Source of the DNA: Azolla caroliniana
Lineage: Eukaryota; Plantae; Polypodiophyta
DNA length: 64,000 bases
Reading direction: 5' to 3'
Assembly: GCA_043228905.1 (NCBI GenBank)
Contig: JBHGNT010000022.1
Coordinates: 8,432,001-8,496,000 of the forward strand
Notes under the pieces: generated by a model
What the model was told of the DNA's origin: nothing
Databases searched by the model: none
What the model saw: the letters and a program-made list of their open reading frames with translations, nothing else
Translations under genes and position numbers: made by a program
In this document: in pieces, positions 53,373 through 64,000 of the stretch
Numbering within the stretch: position 1 is the stretch's first letter
How the letters are laid out: the number at the start of each line of letters is the position of its first letter

Positions 53373-54224
53373 CAAGGTTGTTAGGTATGTTAGGTACGGT
53401 ACGGATACCATACGTATTTAACGTATTAATACCTGTATAGTACCTCCCCAATTTAAAAATACGTTAAATACGTTTTCTTGATATGTTAAATACTTATAAA
53501 ATACGTAAAATACATTAAATACGTATTTTACGTATAGTACGTTAAATACTTCTAGAGTTTGAAAATTCTTTACCTTTCTAAAAAATATCTATAATATTGT
53601 AAAAAACATCTATGTTTACACAATTTTGTGATGTACAATATAGTTCTACATCCTAAAATGCATATAAGACATTTGAACATTTCACATCCTAAAATACTTG
53701 TAATAATATGGATGTCGACATTCCCTTATTCTATAAATCAGTGTAAGTGTGTATCACGATGTTCTACTTCAAATTGTAATTATTTACCATTATGCCTTCA
53801 TAGATTGAGGAATCGTCTACGATTATCACACTCATGATAGGTTTCTCTTTTCTTCGTTTTCATCATCATCTTCTTCTATCTACTACGATTATCACACTCA
53901 GGATAGGTTTACGTCTTCTTTTCTCTCTTCTTCTTCTTCTTCATCATCATCTTCTTCATCGTCGTCTCTTCTATTCTTCTTTCTTCTTTCCTTTGGCTTC
54001 TTTTTCACTAAAATCTTTTTTTTCTTTTTCTTTTTGTTAGGGTTTTACTTATATTTTCTTTATAAATACGTATTATACTTGTTTTTTTATAAATATGTTA
54101 AATACCGTATTGGACAAATGTACATGATATTTGACTGAACAACATTGAGGTATAATACGTACTTTACAAATGATGAGGTACTATACGTATTTAAACGTTA
54201 AATACGGGTACGGAAACAACCACG
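53373..54224. mobile_element. Putative non-autonomous DNA transposon (MITE-like) in the copia leader
   Basis: AT-rich. Imperfect TIR caaGGTTGTT...AACAACCacg, with many TACGTA/TTAAATAC subterminal repeats at both ends. No TSD was found. Confidence 0.55.
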
Positions 54225-54479
54225 CGATCTGATACCATGTAAAGAAGGGAGAGTGATTGTGTGTGTGTATGCAACGGAGAGAAAGAGAGAGAGAGCTCTT
54301 AACCAAGAAGAAAATATATTATCATCCAACAACGACTAAGTTACAAGAGGTTGGTTTAAGTACCAACTAAGCTAGGACAAGTGCCCTTCCAATTATTTAC
54401 AAAACTAGCCTGGTATGTTCATGAGCTAGTGTGAAACTTATCTCTATGGGAAGTTGAGTTCGATTCTAAACACGGAGTC

Positions 54480-54905
54480 TAGCCCCCTTTATTTTGTCCA
54501 ATGCTAGCTCGAAGTCCTCTGAGCGTCTTTCAAGTTCCCTTATCCGCATCACCAATAGGTCCTCCCTACTCATTTTATTATCCCATGGCATTGCCATCCA
54601 TGATGTGATTGATTCCTCAATAGACATTATAGGTTTCTAACCATACATAAGTTGTGTTGGCATAAATTTGGTCATGGAGCTATGGGTAGTTCTATCCACC
54701 CATAATGCATAAGGAAGTAGTCAAGGCCAATCTCCAATCTTTCTTGCACATGCTCAAATGAGTGCCTTGACTGTCGGGCTATTCCCTTGCTCTATCTTTC
54801 CATTTGCTTCTATGTTGTATGCAGTTGTAAGGGAATATTTAACTCCACGATGTCCAAAGAACTCTTTAGCTTCATCCACATCCAATTGTTGGGCTAAAAT
54901 TCCCA
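54480..54905 (-). pseudogene. Degenerate gypsy integrase fragment related to the 55861 element
   Basis: The minus strand reads IGDWP*LLPYALWVDRTTHS, compared with IGEWQRLLPFALWADKTTHS in ORF 61043-62434. Confidence 0.65.
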
Positions 54906-55044
54906 CCCTACCCATTTGTATCCTAGTGTGAACATGTCTCCATAGTTAGGGATAAGTTACCCTAAATATATATGTGAGAGACAGAGTATTGTAAACTGAG
55001 GTCAGTGGTAATGTAAACTTTTGTCTCTTGTCCAAACTCTGTAT

Positions 55045-55087
<43 letters not shown>

Positions 55088-55203
55088 TGCATACCTTCTT
55101 GACAGGAACAATGAATGTAAACCTTCATTCGACTAGTTGTTTGTTTTCTAATTCCACACAAAGAATCCTCATACGCTTTCACATCCATCGACCATGATCT
55201 CAT

Positions 55204-55846
55204 CTGTCATCAGCTGACCCAGACACACACTTTGTCAACAAGTGATCTCAGAGCGATTCAAACTTTCGCAACAACATATGGAAAAGGATATCCGATTGAA
55301 GGAAAAGAGACTGTCATCAGCTGACCTAGACACACACTTTGTCAACAAGTGATCTCAGAGCGATTCAAACTTTCGCAACAACATAAGGAGAAGGATATCC
55401 GATTGAAGGAAAAGAGCACGCCAACATTCTTGCTTCCAATAGAAGATGTCCTCGAAATCCGTATTGGCATGGAAATCCCAAAGTTTGATGACAAACATTT
55501 TTCCTTGTGGAAGGAGAAGATGCAGGATGTACTCATCATTTGACGCCACATTGAAGCTATATGGCCCAACACCAAACCAACTTTAATGACGGTAGAAGAA
55601 TGACGATCTCTAGAAGAAATTGTCAAATTGACTATTCAGATGCATCTGACAAAAAATGTCTACATCAGCATGGCGAAAGAGACATCAACATTTTTCTTGT
55701 GGGCAAAGTTGTAGCCTATCTACGAGAAAAAAACATCCTCATCTATGCTCATATTGATCCGACATTTGTTCAATATGAAGATGGAGTTAGAGCCGAAAAC
55801 CTACAATATTAACACCTTTAGTTGGTGTTAGCCGAACTCTCCTCTC
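55204..55846 (+). mobile_element. Old copia 5' fragment: duplicated LTR end/PBS (~107 bp x2) and gag start
   Basis: tgtcaaca-ag-tgatctcagagc occurs twice. Gag-like IPKFDDKHFSLWKEKMQDVL follows. Confidence 0.65.
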
Positions 55847-55860
55847 TGTTGAGAAAACGG

Positions 55861-58800
55861 TGTTGTGTGAATCTTCTCACACTATGTAAAACAATAAATA
55901 ATAAAATAAATACTTTATATTAGCTTAATGGCATGTTGTAGAAAGATGAATGTTTGTGCTAAGAACACTTTGGCCACTTTGTCTTGATGGAATATGGTGG
56001 CCAAGTTCCCAAAATTTGGAAACCGACCGGTAAGCAAACCTGGAACCCGCCGGTAAGCAAAATCGGAACCGGGCTGGTAAGCAAAACCGGAAACCGGCCG
56101 GTAAGCAAAACCGGAACCTCGCCGGTAAGCAAACCGGAACCGGCCGGAAAGCAATCCGGAACCGGCCGGTAAGCAAACCGGAACCGGTCAGTAAGCAATC
56201 CAGAACTGGCCGGTAAGCAAATCAGAACTGATGAAATCGGCAATTGGATGGTGTCGGTAACTGGGCGGATCCGACAACTGGTGACGATCGAGAAGAACAG
56301 ATGATAAGATCATGTGGCTAATTAAAATCAAGTGAACAAAACTAAAGTAAAGGTTGTGTGGACGGTCGCATGCAACTAAAAGAAAAAGCCGTGCAACTAA
56401 AAATGGATGTAACTAAAAAGCCATGCAACTAAAAGAAAAAGCTATGCAACTAAAATTAGAAGCCATGCAACAAAAAGTGGAGAGGCATATGATCAACGGG
56501 AGAAATCCATATAAAATTCCCTTTTTTTTACACAGGCTCTCTCTCCATATTATATTTGTTTTCTTTTCCTTCTTAGCTCCCCTATCTTATCGAAGCCATA
56601 TCTCTCAAGTAAACCCTAATTTCCTTACGGAAGCCATATCTTACTCATAACCCTAAATTTCCATACGGAAGCTATTCAACTCATAAAACCATAATCTCTT
56701 ATCAAAGCCAAAAACCCTAATTTTCTATAGAATTCATATCTTAATTTCCTCTTATCTATTACTCTGGTAATCTCCATTAACTAAACTTTTGTAATCTCAA
56801 TCTTTGGTGAACCCAACGTGAAAGAGGCGGTAGGGAGGATATCAAGTGCAACGATGGCTTCCACAAGCAGAACTCAAGGAGAGGAATTAACGAAAGGCAT
56901 GGTGTCCGTAGTGGAATACATGCTGAAGGTGAGAGATCGAGAAGCTTTAATCGACGAAGCTGATGATCGTACGATTGAGATAGCTAGACGATTTGGTGGC
57001 AAGAACATCACGGATTTTCTTGCTACCTATCGGAACGAGATGCAACAAAGGGATGTCAATGATCTCAAACAAATTTCTAGCTTCAAACGTGTGTTGGAAC
57101 CAGGGATCCGCGAGCGCGTCATGGAGATCCAAAACAAGCATACAACTTGGGCAGAGTTCGAAAAGGCGCTTCTTGCTGAATACATGCTTGAAGAAACATC
57201 ACGGATGACTCGACATACACTAATGATTTGGATCGAGAAGAAAGGAAAGAATCTGTGTGCATCGGGAGTATGTGCGGAATTCGAGCAGATGTACAACCGA
57301 TTTCTGAGTGTTGATCAACAAGTTCTCGATGGAGATAAGTCTTGCTATTACTGAAGGCGGTGGATACAAAAGACCGGCGAGAATTGGGCGGTTTTTTGGA
57401 GGACAAAACGCAACCAAATGGCTTGGTAGCGGACTGGACGACAGTGAAGAAGGCTTGTAGCCGTCTTGATAAGCGTCAACAATGGCAAGAGGAAACTGAT
57501 ATGGGGAATCTACAAACATGGAGGAGGAAAGCACCTGCGATGGTCAAGCCTAACAAGCCGATCAACAATTTCGACAAGAAAGCGATGGAGGACTCTATAA
57601 TCGAAGAGCTCTCCAAGAAATTTGAAGCAGTATCGCTGACCAACTTAGGTCGACGCGGGCCCAAGGGAAAAGAAGCGTATAGATGTGTGTGGTGCGACAG
57701 CTTCAAGCACTCACGAAGGGAATGCGTTGACTTGCAAGAAGCGATCCGCAAGAATGTCGTCTATTTGGATGGCAACATGATTCACTCGAGTGAGACCCGG
57801 AAGCCACTACGAGTGAACTTCGGAAGAGGTGGGCTGAAAAAGATTGTAGAAGAGGAAGATGCAAGGCTTGTGGAAGCTATGCACTATGATCAAGCCAAAT
57901 GCTGGGTTTTGGCCGACGGTCTTCGAGTGCGAAGAAAAAGGCAAAATCAATTCGGAGGATCTAAAACTTGCCGACCGGAACGTGCGATGAGTTACCGGAT
58001 GGTCAGATCCAATCAATGAAAACACAAGCTTTGCAGAGGTTGTGTGTGACACCTATGAAGCCCTTGTCGAAGAGAAAAGGAAAAGAACCAGTGAAGAAGA
58101 TGGCACGTCAAAGCGTCCCAACACGAGGAACAAAGGGAAAGAAGGGCAAGTCCCACCTATACCACGAAAAGAGGTTGGAGAAACAAGCATGAGGCCCGTT
58201 GGATCGAGCCAACCTGCTCGGATGGAAGTCGATGAATCAACGAAGAAAGGAAAAGAACGAGTGGCACCGACTTACAAGCTAAGGTCGGACATAGAACAAA
58301 CAACTGACTTGTGCAAGGTCCTTGAGGAGAAGGTTTTACATAGTCATGTCGACCTTACTTGGAGAGAACTGCTTGGGATCGTGAAGGAGTTCCATGATAC
58401 TATCGTGGACCTTATAAAAAGGAAGCGGCAACAATCTGATGAAGAGGAGGTAAAAACAAGTGCCATAACCATGGCAGGATCGGAAAAGGAGGAAGAAGAA
58501 GAAGTGATGGTGGATAGCCATTACTCTCGACCTCATTGGGCAAGAGCGACAATGGAGACGCCAGTGAAGATTGGGGAGAAGAAAGAAACCGTGGTAGCCT
58601 TGATTGACCATGGCTCGGAGATCAACCTCATGTCGACCGAGTTCTACAAGAAAGGAAGATGGCCGATTAATACAACCACAGATGGAAGATTCGAGCAGCG
58701 ACGAAGGCTACGGAGGACTTGTACAGAGCTTGCCCCAACGTTAAAGTCAAGATCGGGGATGTGGAGATTGATCAACACTTCTTCGTGCATGACTCGGCTT

Positions 58801-61800
58801 CGCATCCTGTCATCCTAGGACAACCGTATATAACATCATCCTGGATGGAGACCAAGGTGTTTGATAATGGAGCAGCCTTCGCGCGCGTCAAGAGTCTTGA
58901 TAGTAAAAGATATTTTCAATTCTAGACGGTGTGAGCTAATCATGAAAGGAACTGAGATAGCCTTGGAGGAGAATCCTCAGATTTTTAAAGCGGAATATTG
59001 AAGCATGGGGCACGAATAGTCCGAGCAATCATAAGTCCCCACAAAGAAGTAGAGAACATAGATTGAAAGGAGAAGCAACATGCGTCACACCTAGTGGCGC
59101 ATGCAAACTAAGACTACTCAACAAGAAGGAAAAGTGTCTGATACAAGACTTCGAGGAGGTGCTGAAAGAAGAAAGCATAATCAAAGAGGAAGAATTCGTG
59201 TCATATATTCTGGAGGAAGCCTCATTTAACGACACCATCGGCGAAATCGAGGAAGTCGTGGACTTGAGCTATCCTCACCATCAACATGTGATTTCGGTTA
59301 ACTCCGTCAACATGTATACTATCATCGATGAATATCATTGAGGCATCTTGATAGAGGAAGCTGAAGTCAACACAAAATATAAAACCGTGGATAGGAAGAT
59401 CAAGCCAGTTGCAGTTCCGCTACCGGAAGATAGCTGGCAAAAGATGAAGGAAGTTGCAAAAGATCCAAGCTTAAGGAACCCAAATACAATTGGTCACATC
59501 TTCACTAAAGAGACGAAGGGAAAGCTACGAGTTGGAAGGGAGGATTTCCTCCTTCTTGAAGAGGAGCAAATGTTCCGCGAAATGCTTGAAAGACATGGGA
59601 AGGCGTTCTCATTTTTCCCACAAGAAATTGGATGTGCTAATTCAAGGATGGTAGAACCGATGGTGATCTTCATGGTGCCGCATGTGCCTTGGAATTTGAA
59701 ACCGAAACCGGTTCCAAGAGCACATCTACCGAAGCTGATCGAGCTCTTAAAGGAGAAGGTGAGGATGGGAATTTTGGAACCGTCAAACGGTCCTTATTCT
59801 AATAGATGGTTCACGCTGCCAAAGAAGAATGGATCGTTGCGATTCATTCAAGATCTTCAACCTGTCAACAAGGTGACAATTCGGAATGCTGAAATCGGTC
59901 CAAGTGTGGATGAATTTGCCGAGGCATTTGCGGGCCAGTCCATCTACTCCATTGGTGATCTCTACTCTGGCTACGATCAATTCCAGTTGGCAGTCGACAG
60001 TCGTGACATTACAACCATGAGAACTCCTATCGGGTTGGTGCGGATGTGTAACTTACCTCAACGTGCGACGAACTCGGTGGCTCATATGGTGAATGCCATG
60101 AATAAGGTCTTGAAGGATTGCATCTCGGATAATATGAATGCCATTCTTGGATGATATCCCGAGAAAAAGATATTTGGATGAAGAGAAGGATGAATCAAAA
60201 GATAAGGATGGATGTAGAAAGTTCGTTGTGGATCATATGAAAGATTGCGAGAAGGTGCTTCAAAGGCTTGAAGATGCGAATTTGACATTTTCGGGAGAAA
60301 AATCCGTATTCGGGCAACCAGAGATCTTGGTGGTAGGTCACTTTTGTGGAGCATACAGTCGGAAGCCTTCGCCATCCAAGGTGAATGCAATCCAAGACAT
60401 GAAAGAAGAATGCATAACCCAAACGGAGGTTCGAAGGTTCCTTGGAGCATGCGCATTTTATCATATTTGGATTCCACACTATGCCCACATTGCTGAGCCA
60501 TTATATGGTCTACTAAAGAAGCAGAGGTTCGAATGGACAAGCGAGCATACAATCACCATCCAAAGGCTAAAGAATTTGTTGATGGAGGCACCTGCATTAC
60601 GGAAGGCGGACTATTCAGATGGCAAGCCCATTTTTGTGACTGTGGATACTAGTCCAATCGGAATCGGATGGGTTATCAACCAAGAAGACGAAGATCACAA
60701 CCGATATGCAATTCAGTTTGGCGCGAAAGTGTTAATGACAAGCAAAGAAGGTATGCCCAAGTGAAGAGGGAGCTATGGGGAATCGTCTTGGCAATCAAAT
60801 CTGATCGTGATTACCTTATTGGAGCAGAAGTCATAATTGAGACAGATTGCCTACCAAATTTGGGTATGATATCTGGTTGTAATACACCGGATATTGCCAT
60901 GTTGCATTGGATTGCATATATCAAATCACTCAACCCGAAGATCCGTCATGTAGCTGGGAAGCGTAATGTCGTTGCAGACATGCTATCATGAGCAAGATAC
61001 GACGGAGAAGAAGATCAACATTTTGATGAAGAAGATGTTGGCTTGGATTTCTTTATAAGTTCCTACGCTTGGGTGCTGACTACTTTCATAGAAGAGGATT
61101 ACGAAGGTGAATTCGTGGAGATTGGGAAATACTTGAGTTCTCTCCAAAAAGATGAATCATGGTCGATGGAAGACTTCCATCGAATTTGGAAGAAGGCATA
61201 CAAGTATTTCCTTAAGGATGGAGCTCTTTGGAGGAATGCAAAAAAGAAGAACGGGACTTTAATGAGAGTTGTCTGCAAGCTAGAAGACCGACTAAACCTA
61301 ATGTCCGAATTTCATGATAGTGTTTTTGCAGGCCATCGAGGAATATGGGCTACGTTTGCGAAGGTTAAGGAGAAATATTGGTGGCCAGGCATTTACAAAG
61401 ATGTAGTAGCTTATGTGGAAACATGTAAGGAATGTCAGATGTTTTCAAATATTCGCCATCGAGATGAACTTCATTTGACTTACCCGTTGGCTATGCATTA
61501 CAAGTGGATGGTGGACATCGTGATGATGCCAATGGGGCGATGGCAAATGAAGTATCTTGTGCTCGCGAGAGAGCATCTTACCAATCAAGTTGAAGGGCGA
61601 GCATTGAGAACTAAGGAGACATCATCGGTATGCCGATTCGTTCTAGAAGATGTTATTTGCAGATATGGATGCGTCGGCAAGATAGTGGCTGATAGAGGCG
61701 AGCTAGACACCAATGAAGCTAGAGAATTCTTCTCTAGGATGGGAATCAAATTATCTCTTACCATGGCGTATAATCGAGAAGCAAATGGGGAAGTGGAACG

Positions 61801-63656
61801 TGGACATGGACCGATTGTGAAGGCTCTAGCGAAAGCTTGCCATGGGAAAATAGGAGAATGGCAGCGTCTATTGCCATTTGCACTATGGGCTGACAAGACT
61901 ACTCATAGCACAGTGACGGGATACATGCCGGTAGAGCTCATATTCGGACAAAAGCCGATAATGCCTGTAGAACAAAGTATTATTTCATGGTTTCCATTGC
62001 CATGGCAAGATAAGATAAGTAGAGAAGATCTTCTAGCATTGAGGATTCGTCAGTTGGAGTGGAATTTGGAAGATATAGAAGTGGCTAAAGTGCGGCTAAA
62101 GAATGCAAGGCTAAAGAACAAGAAAGACTTCGATAAACAACATCGACTTCGCCTGAGGAAAATCGTTGAAGGAGATTGGGTGCTAGTCTATGACAGTAGC
62201 GTAGACAACCAACATAGTACAGCTCAAAAATTTTCACAACGATGGTTTGGACCATATGTGGTGAAAAAAGTGGAAGAAAATGCAACATATCATTTAGTAG
62301 AATTGGAGGGTACACCACTTGCCTTGCCAATTTCCGGTAAAAGGGTCAAGATCTTCAACAGAAGAGATAGAATAGAAATTGGATTCGAAGCTTTTGACGA
62401 TTCTGTCTTGGGCATCGATGAAAATGTATTGTAAACAAAGGTGGAGCCTCACCAAAATTGGCACATACCGGTGGATGTGCTGGTTTGGTGGGGGCGAATG
62501 TCATGTGAATCTTCTCACACTATGTAAAAGAATAAATAATAAAATAAGTACTTTATATTAGCTTAATGACATGTTGTAGAAAGATAGATGTTTAAGAAGA
62601 TAGGGAAAGTAGAACTATGATTTATCCCACATAGATAGGAAACTTAAGGCTCTGGCTATATAACCACATTGAGATCCCTCATTTTTCATTTGTGCTAAGA
62701 ACACTTTGGCCACTTTGTCTTGATGGAAGATGGTGGCCAAGTTCCCATAAATCAGAAACGGACCGGTAAGCAAAACCAGAACTGGGCTGGTAAGCAAACC
62801 AAAACCGGCCAGAAAGCAAACTGAAACAGGCAGGTAAGCAAACTGGAACCGGCTAGTAAGCAATCCGGAACCGGTCGGTAAGCAATTCGGAACCGGCCGG
62901 TAAGCAAATCGAAATCGGCGAAATCGGCAATTGGATGGTGTCAGAAATCGGGCGGATCCGACAACTGGTGACGATCGAGACGAACAGATGATAAGATCAT
63001 GTGGCTAATTAAAATGAAGTGAAGAAAACTAAAGTAAAGGTCATGTAGATGGTCGCATGCAACTAAAAGAAAAAGCCGTGCAACTAAAAATGGATGTAAC
63101 TAAAAAGCCATGCAACTAAAAGAAGAAGCTATGCAACTAAAATTAGAGGCCATGCAACAAAAAGTGGAGAGGCATATGATCAACGAGAGAAATGCATATA
63201 AAATTCCCTTTTTTTTTACACTCAAGCTCTCTCTCCATATTATATTTGTTTTCTTTTCCTTCTTAGCTCCCCTATCTTATCGAAGCCATATCTCTCAAGT
63301 AAACCCTAATTTCCTTACGGAAGCCATATCTTACTCATAACCCTAAATTTCCATACGGAAGCTATTCAACTCATAAAACCATAATCTCTTATCAAAGCCA
63401 AAAACCCTAATTTTCTATAGAATTCATATCTTAATTTCCTCTTATCTATTACTCTAGTAATCTCCATTAACCAAACCTTTTGTAATCTCAATCTTGAGAT
63501 TGATTGTAATCTTTCTTTCCCTTTATTAATGAAATTTGTGAATCTTTCTCATTTTGTATTAATTGTTTAATATAATCATACGAATCTGATATCTTCCAAT
63601 CGGAGGCCCCGGGGTCTTGCCTCAAGTTCACGTATCGTCGTCGTATTTTCGCGACA
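55861..63656 (+). mobile_element. Ty3/gypsy element, degenerate, with a tRNA-Trp PBS and 4-bp TSD ACGG
   Basis: 5' LTR 55861-56804 (3' end missing) and 3' LTR 62499-63656. ACGG at 55857-55860 and 63657-63660. Gag CVWC..H..C, protease LIDHGSEIN, RT FLDDI, RNase H VDTS, integrase GHRG/CKECQ/WFGPY, in PR-RT-RH-INT order. Confidence 0.93.
56805..56822 (+). promoter_or_regulatory. Primer-binding site complementary to the tRNA-Trp 3' end
   Basis: TGGTGAACCCAACGTGAA compared with the recalled plant tRNA-Trp(CCA) complement TGGTGAACCCGACGTGAA (one mismatch). Confidence 0.8.
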
Positions 63657-63660
63657 ACGG

Positions 63661-64000
63661 TGCCTCCGGATGGAAGAGCCGAGATGATGACTAACTCGGG
63701 AGACTATATTTGAAAATAGCCAAAATGTGCCCCATGTGGGCTATGTATGTAAATAGCCATAACGTTGTATAAGTATAAATACAACTAGGGATCACTTTAG
63801 TAAGATGTGGGTTGTGAGTTACAAGAAGGTAGTGGCCTTTATAACTGTGTAAAATAGAGAGAGAGAGTGTGTGTGACTTAGAGTGTAATTCTACAACCGT
63901 TTGTTGACGAAGAAGATCTCGAGGTTGTCGCCTTTGAGTTTCTTGTTGTACTTCCTCTCAACATATAGTGATATGTTTTGGAGTTTGAAGACTCCACGTG
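63661..64000 (+). mobile_element. Copia family A-related LTR, starting at 55847 and split by the gypsy insertion; runs off the right edge
   Basis: tgttgagaaaacgg plus tgcctccggatgg reconstitutes a start like tgttgggattacggtccctccggatgg. It shares ctatatttg.aaatagcc and atagtgat..ttggagtttga with the 46052 LTR. Confidence 0.75.

Larger units (their letters stand above)
45330..54472 (-). mobile_element. Ty1/copia family B-related element, RT largely deleted, host to two insertions
   Basis: Met PBS gatctgatacca at 54226-54237 next to the LTR start tgtaaag at 54238. Gag EKLDRTNFASWEYKM, CRYCGKLSH knuckle, VDLGASNHM protease, integrase at 51043-51900, and RT remnants at 45330-45720. The outer ends are approximate. 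Confidence 0.8.

Overview
This is eukaryotic land-plant DNA, most likely from a non-seed plant such as a fern (inferred from the TE lineages and composition). It is a nested retrotransposon landscape around one host gene, a 2-exon LEA_3-type (W-motif) gene at 24918-25457. The TEs I can resolve are: RTEX-like LINEs (1-3370, 3380-3783, 9893-11620); a 5'-truncated L1-like LINE (~15700-19984) carrying two solo LTRs with 5-bp TSDs; two LTR-bounded Ty1/copia elements of one family (35962-40945, 46052-51037), each nested in an older copia of a second family; a Ty3/gypsy element with a tRNA-Trp PBS and a 4-bp TSD (55861-63656); and two related solo-LTR-like elements with 105-bp tandem arrays (9021-12878, 33090-34749) that share an identical LINE junction. 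Removing insertions by hand restores a degenerate extra ORF downstream of a gypsy integrase and a long charged C-terminal extension on a copia pol. No rRNA, tRNA gene or CRISPR array was seen. All family names come from motif recognition, not database searches.
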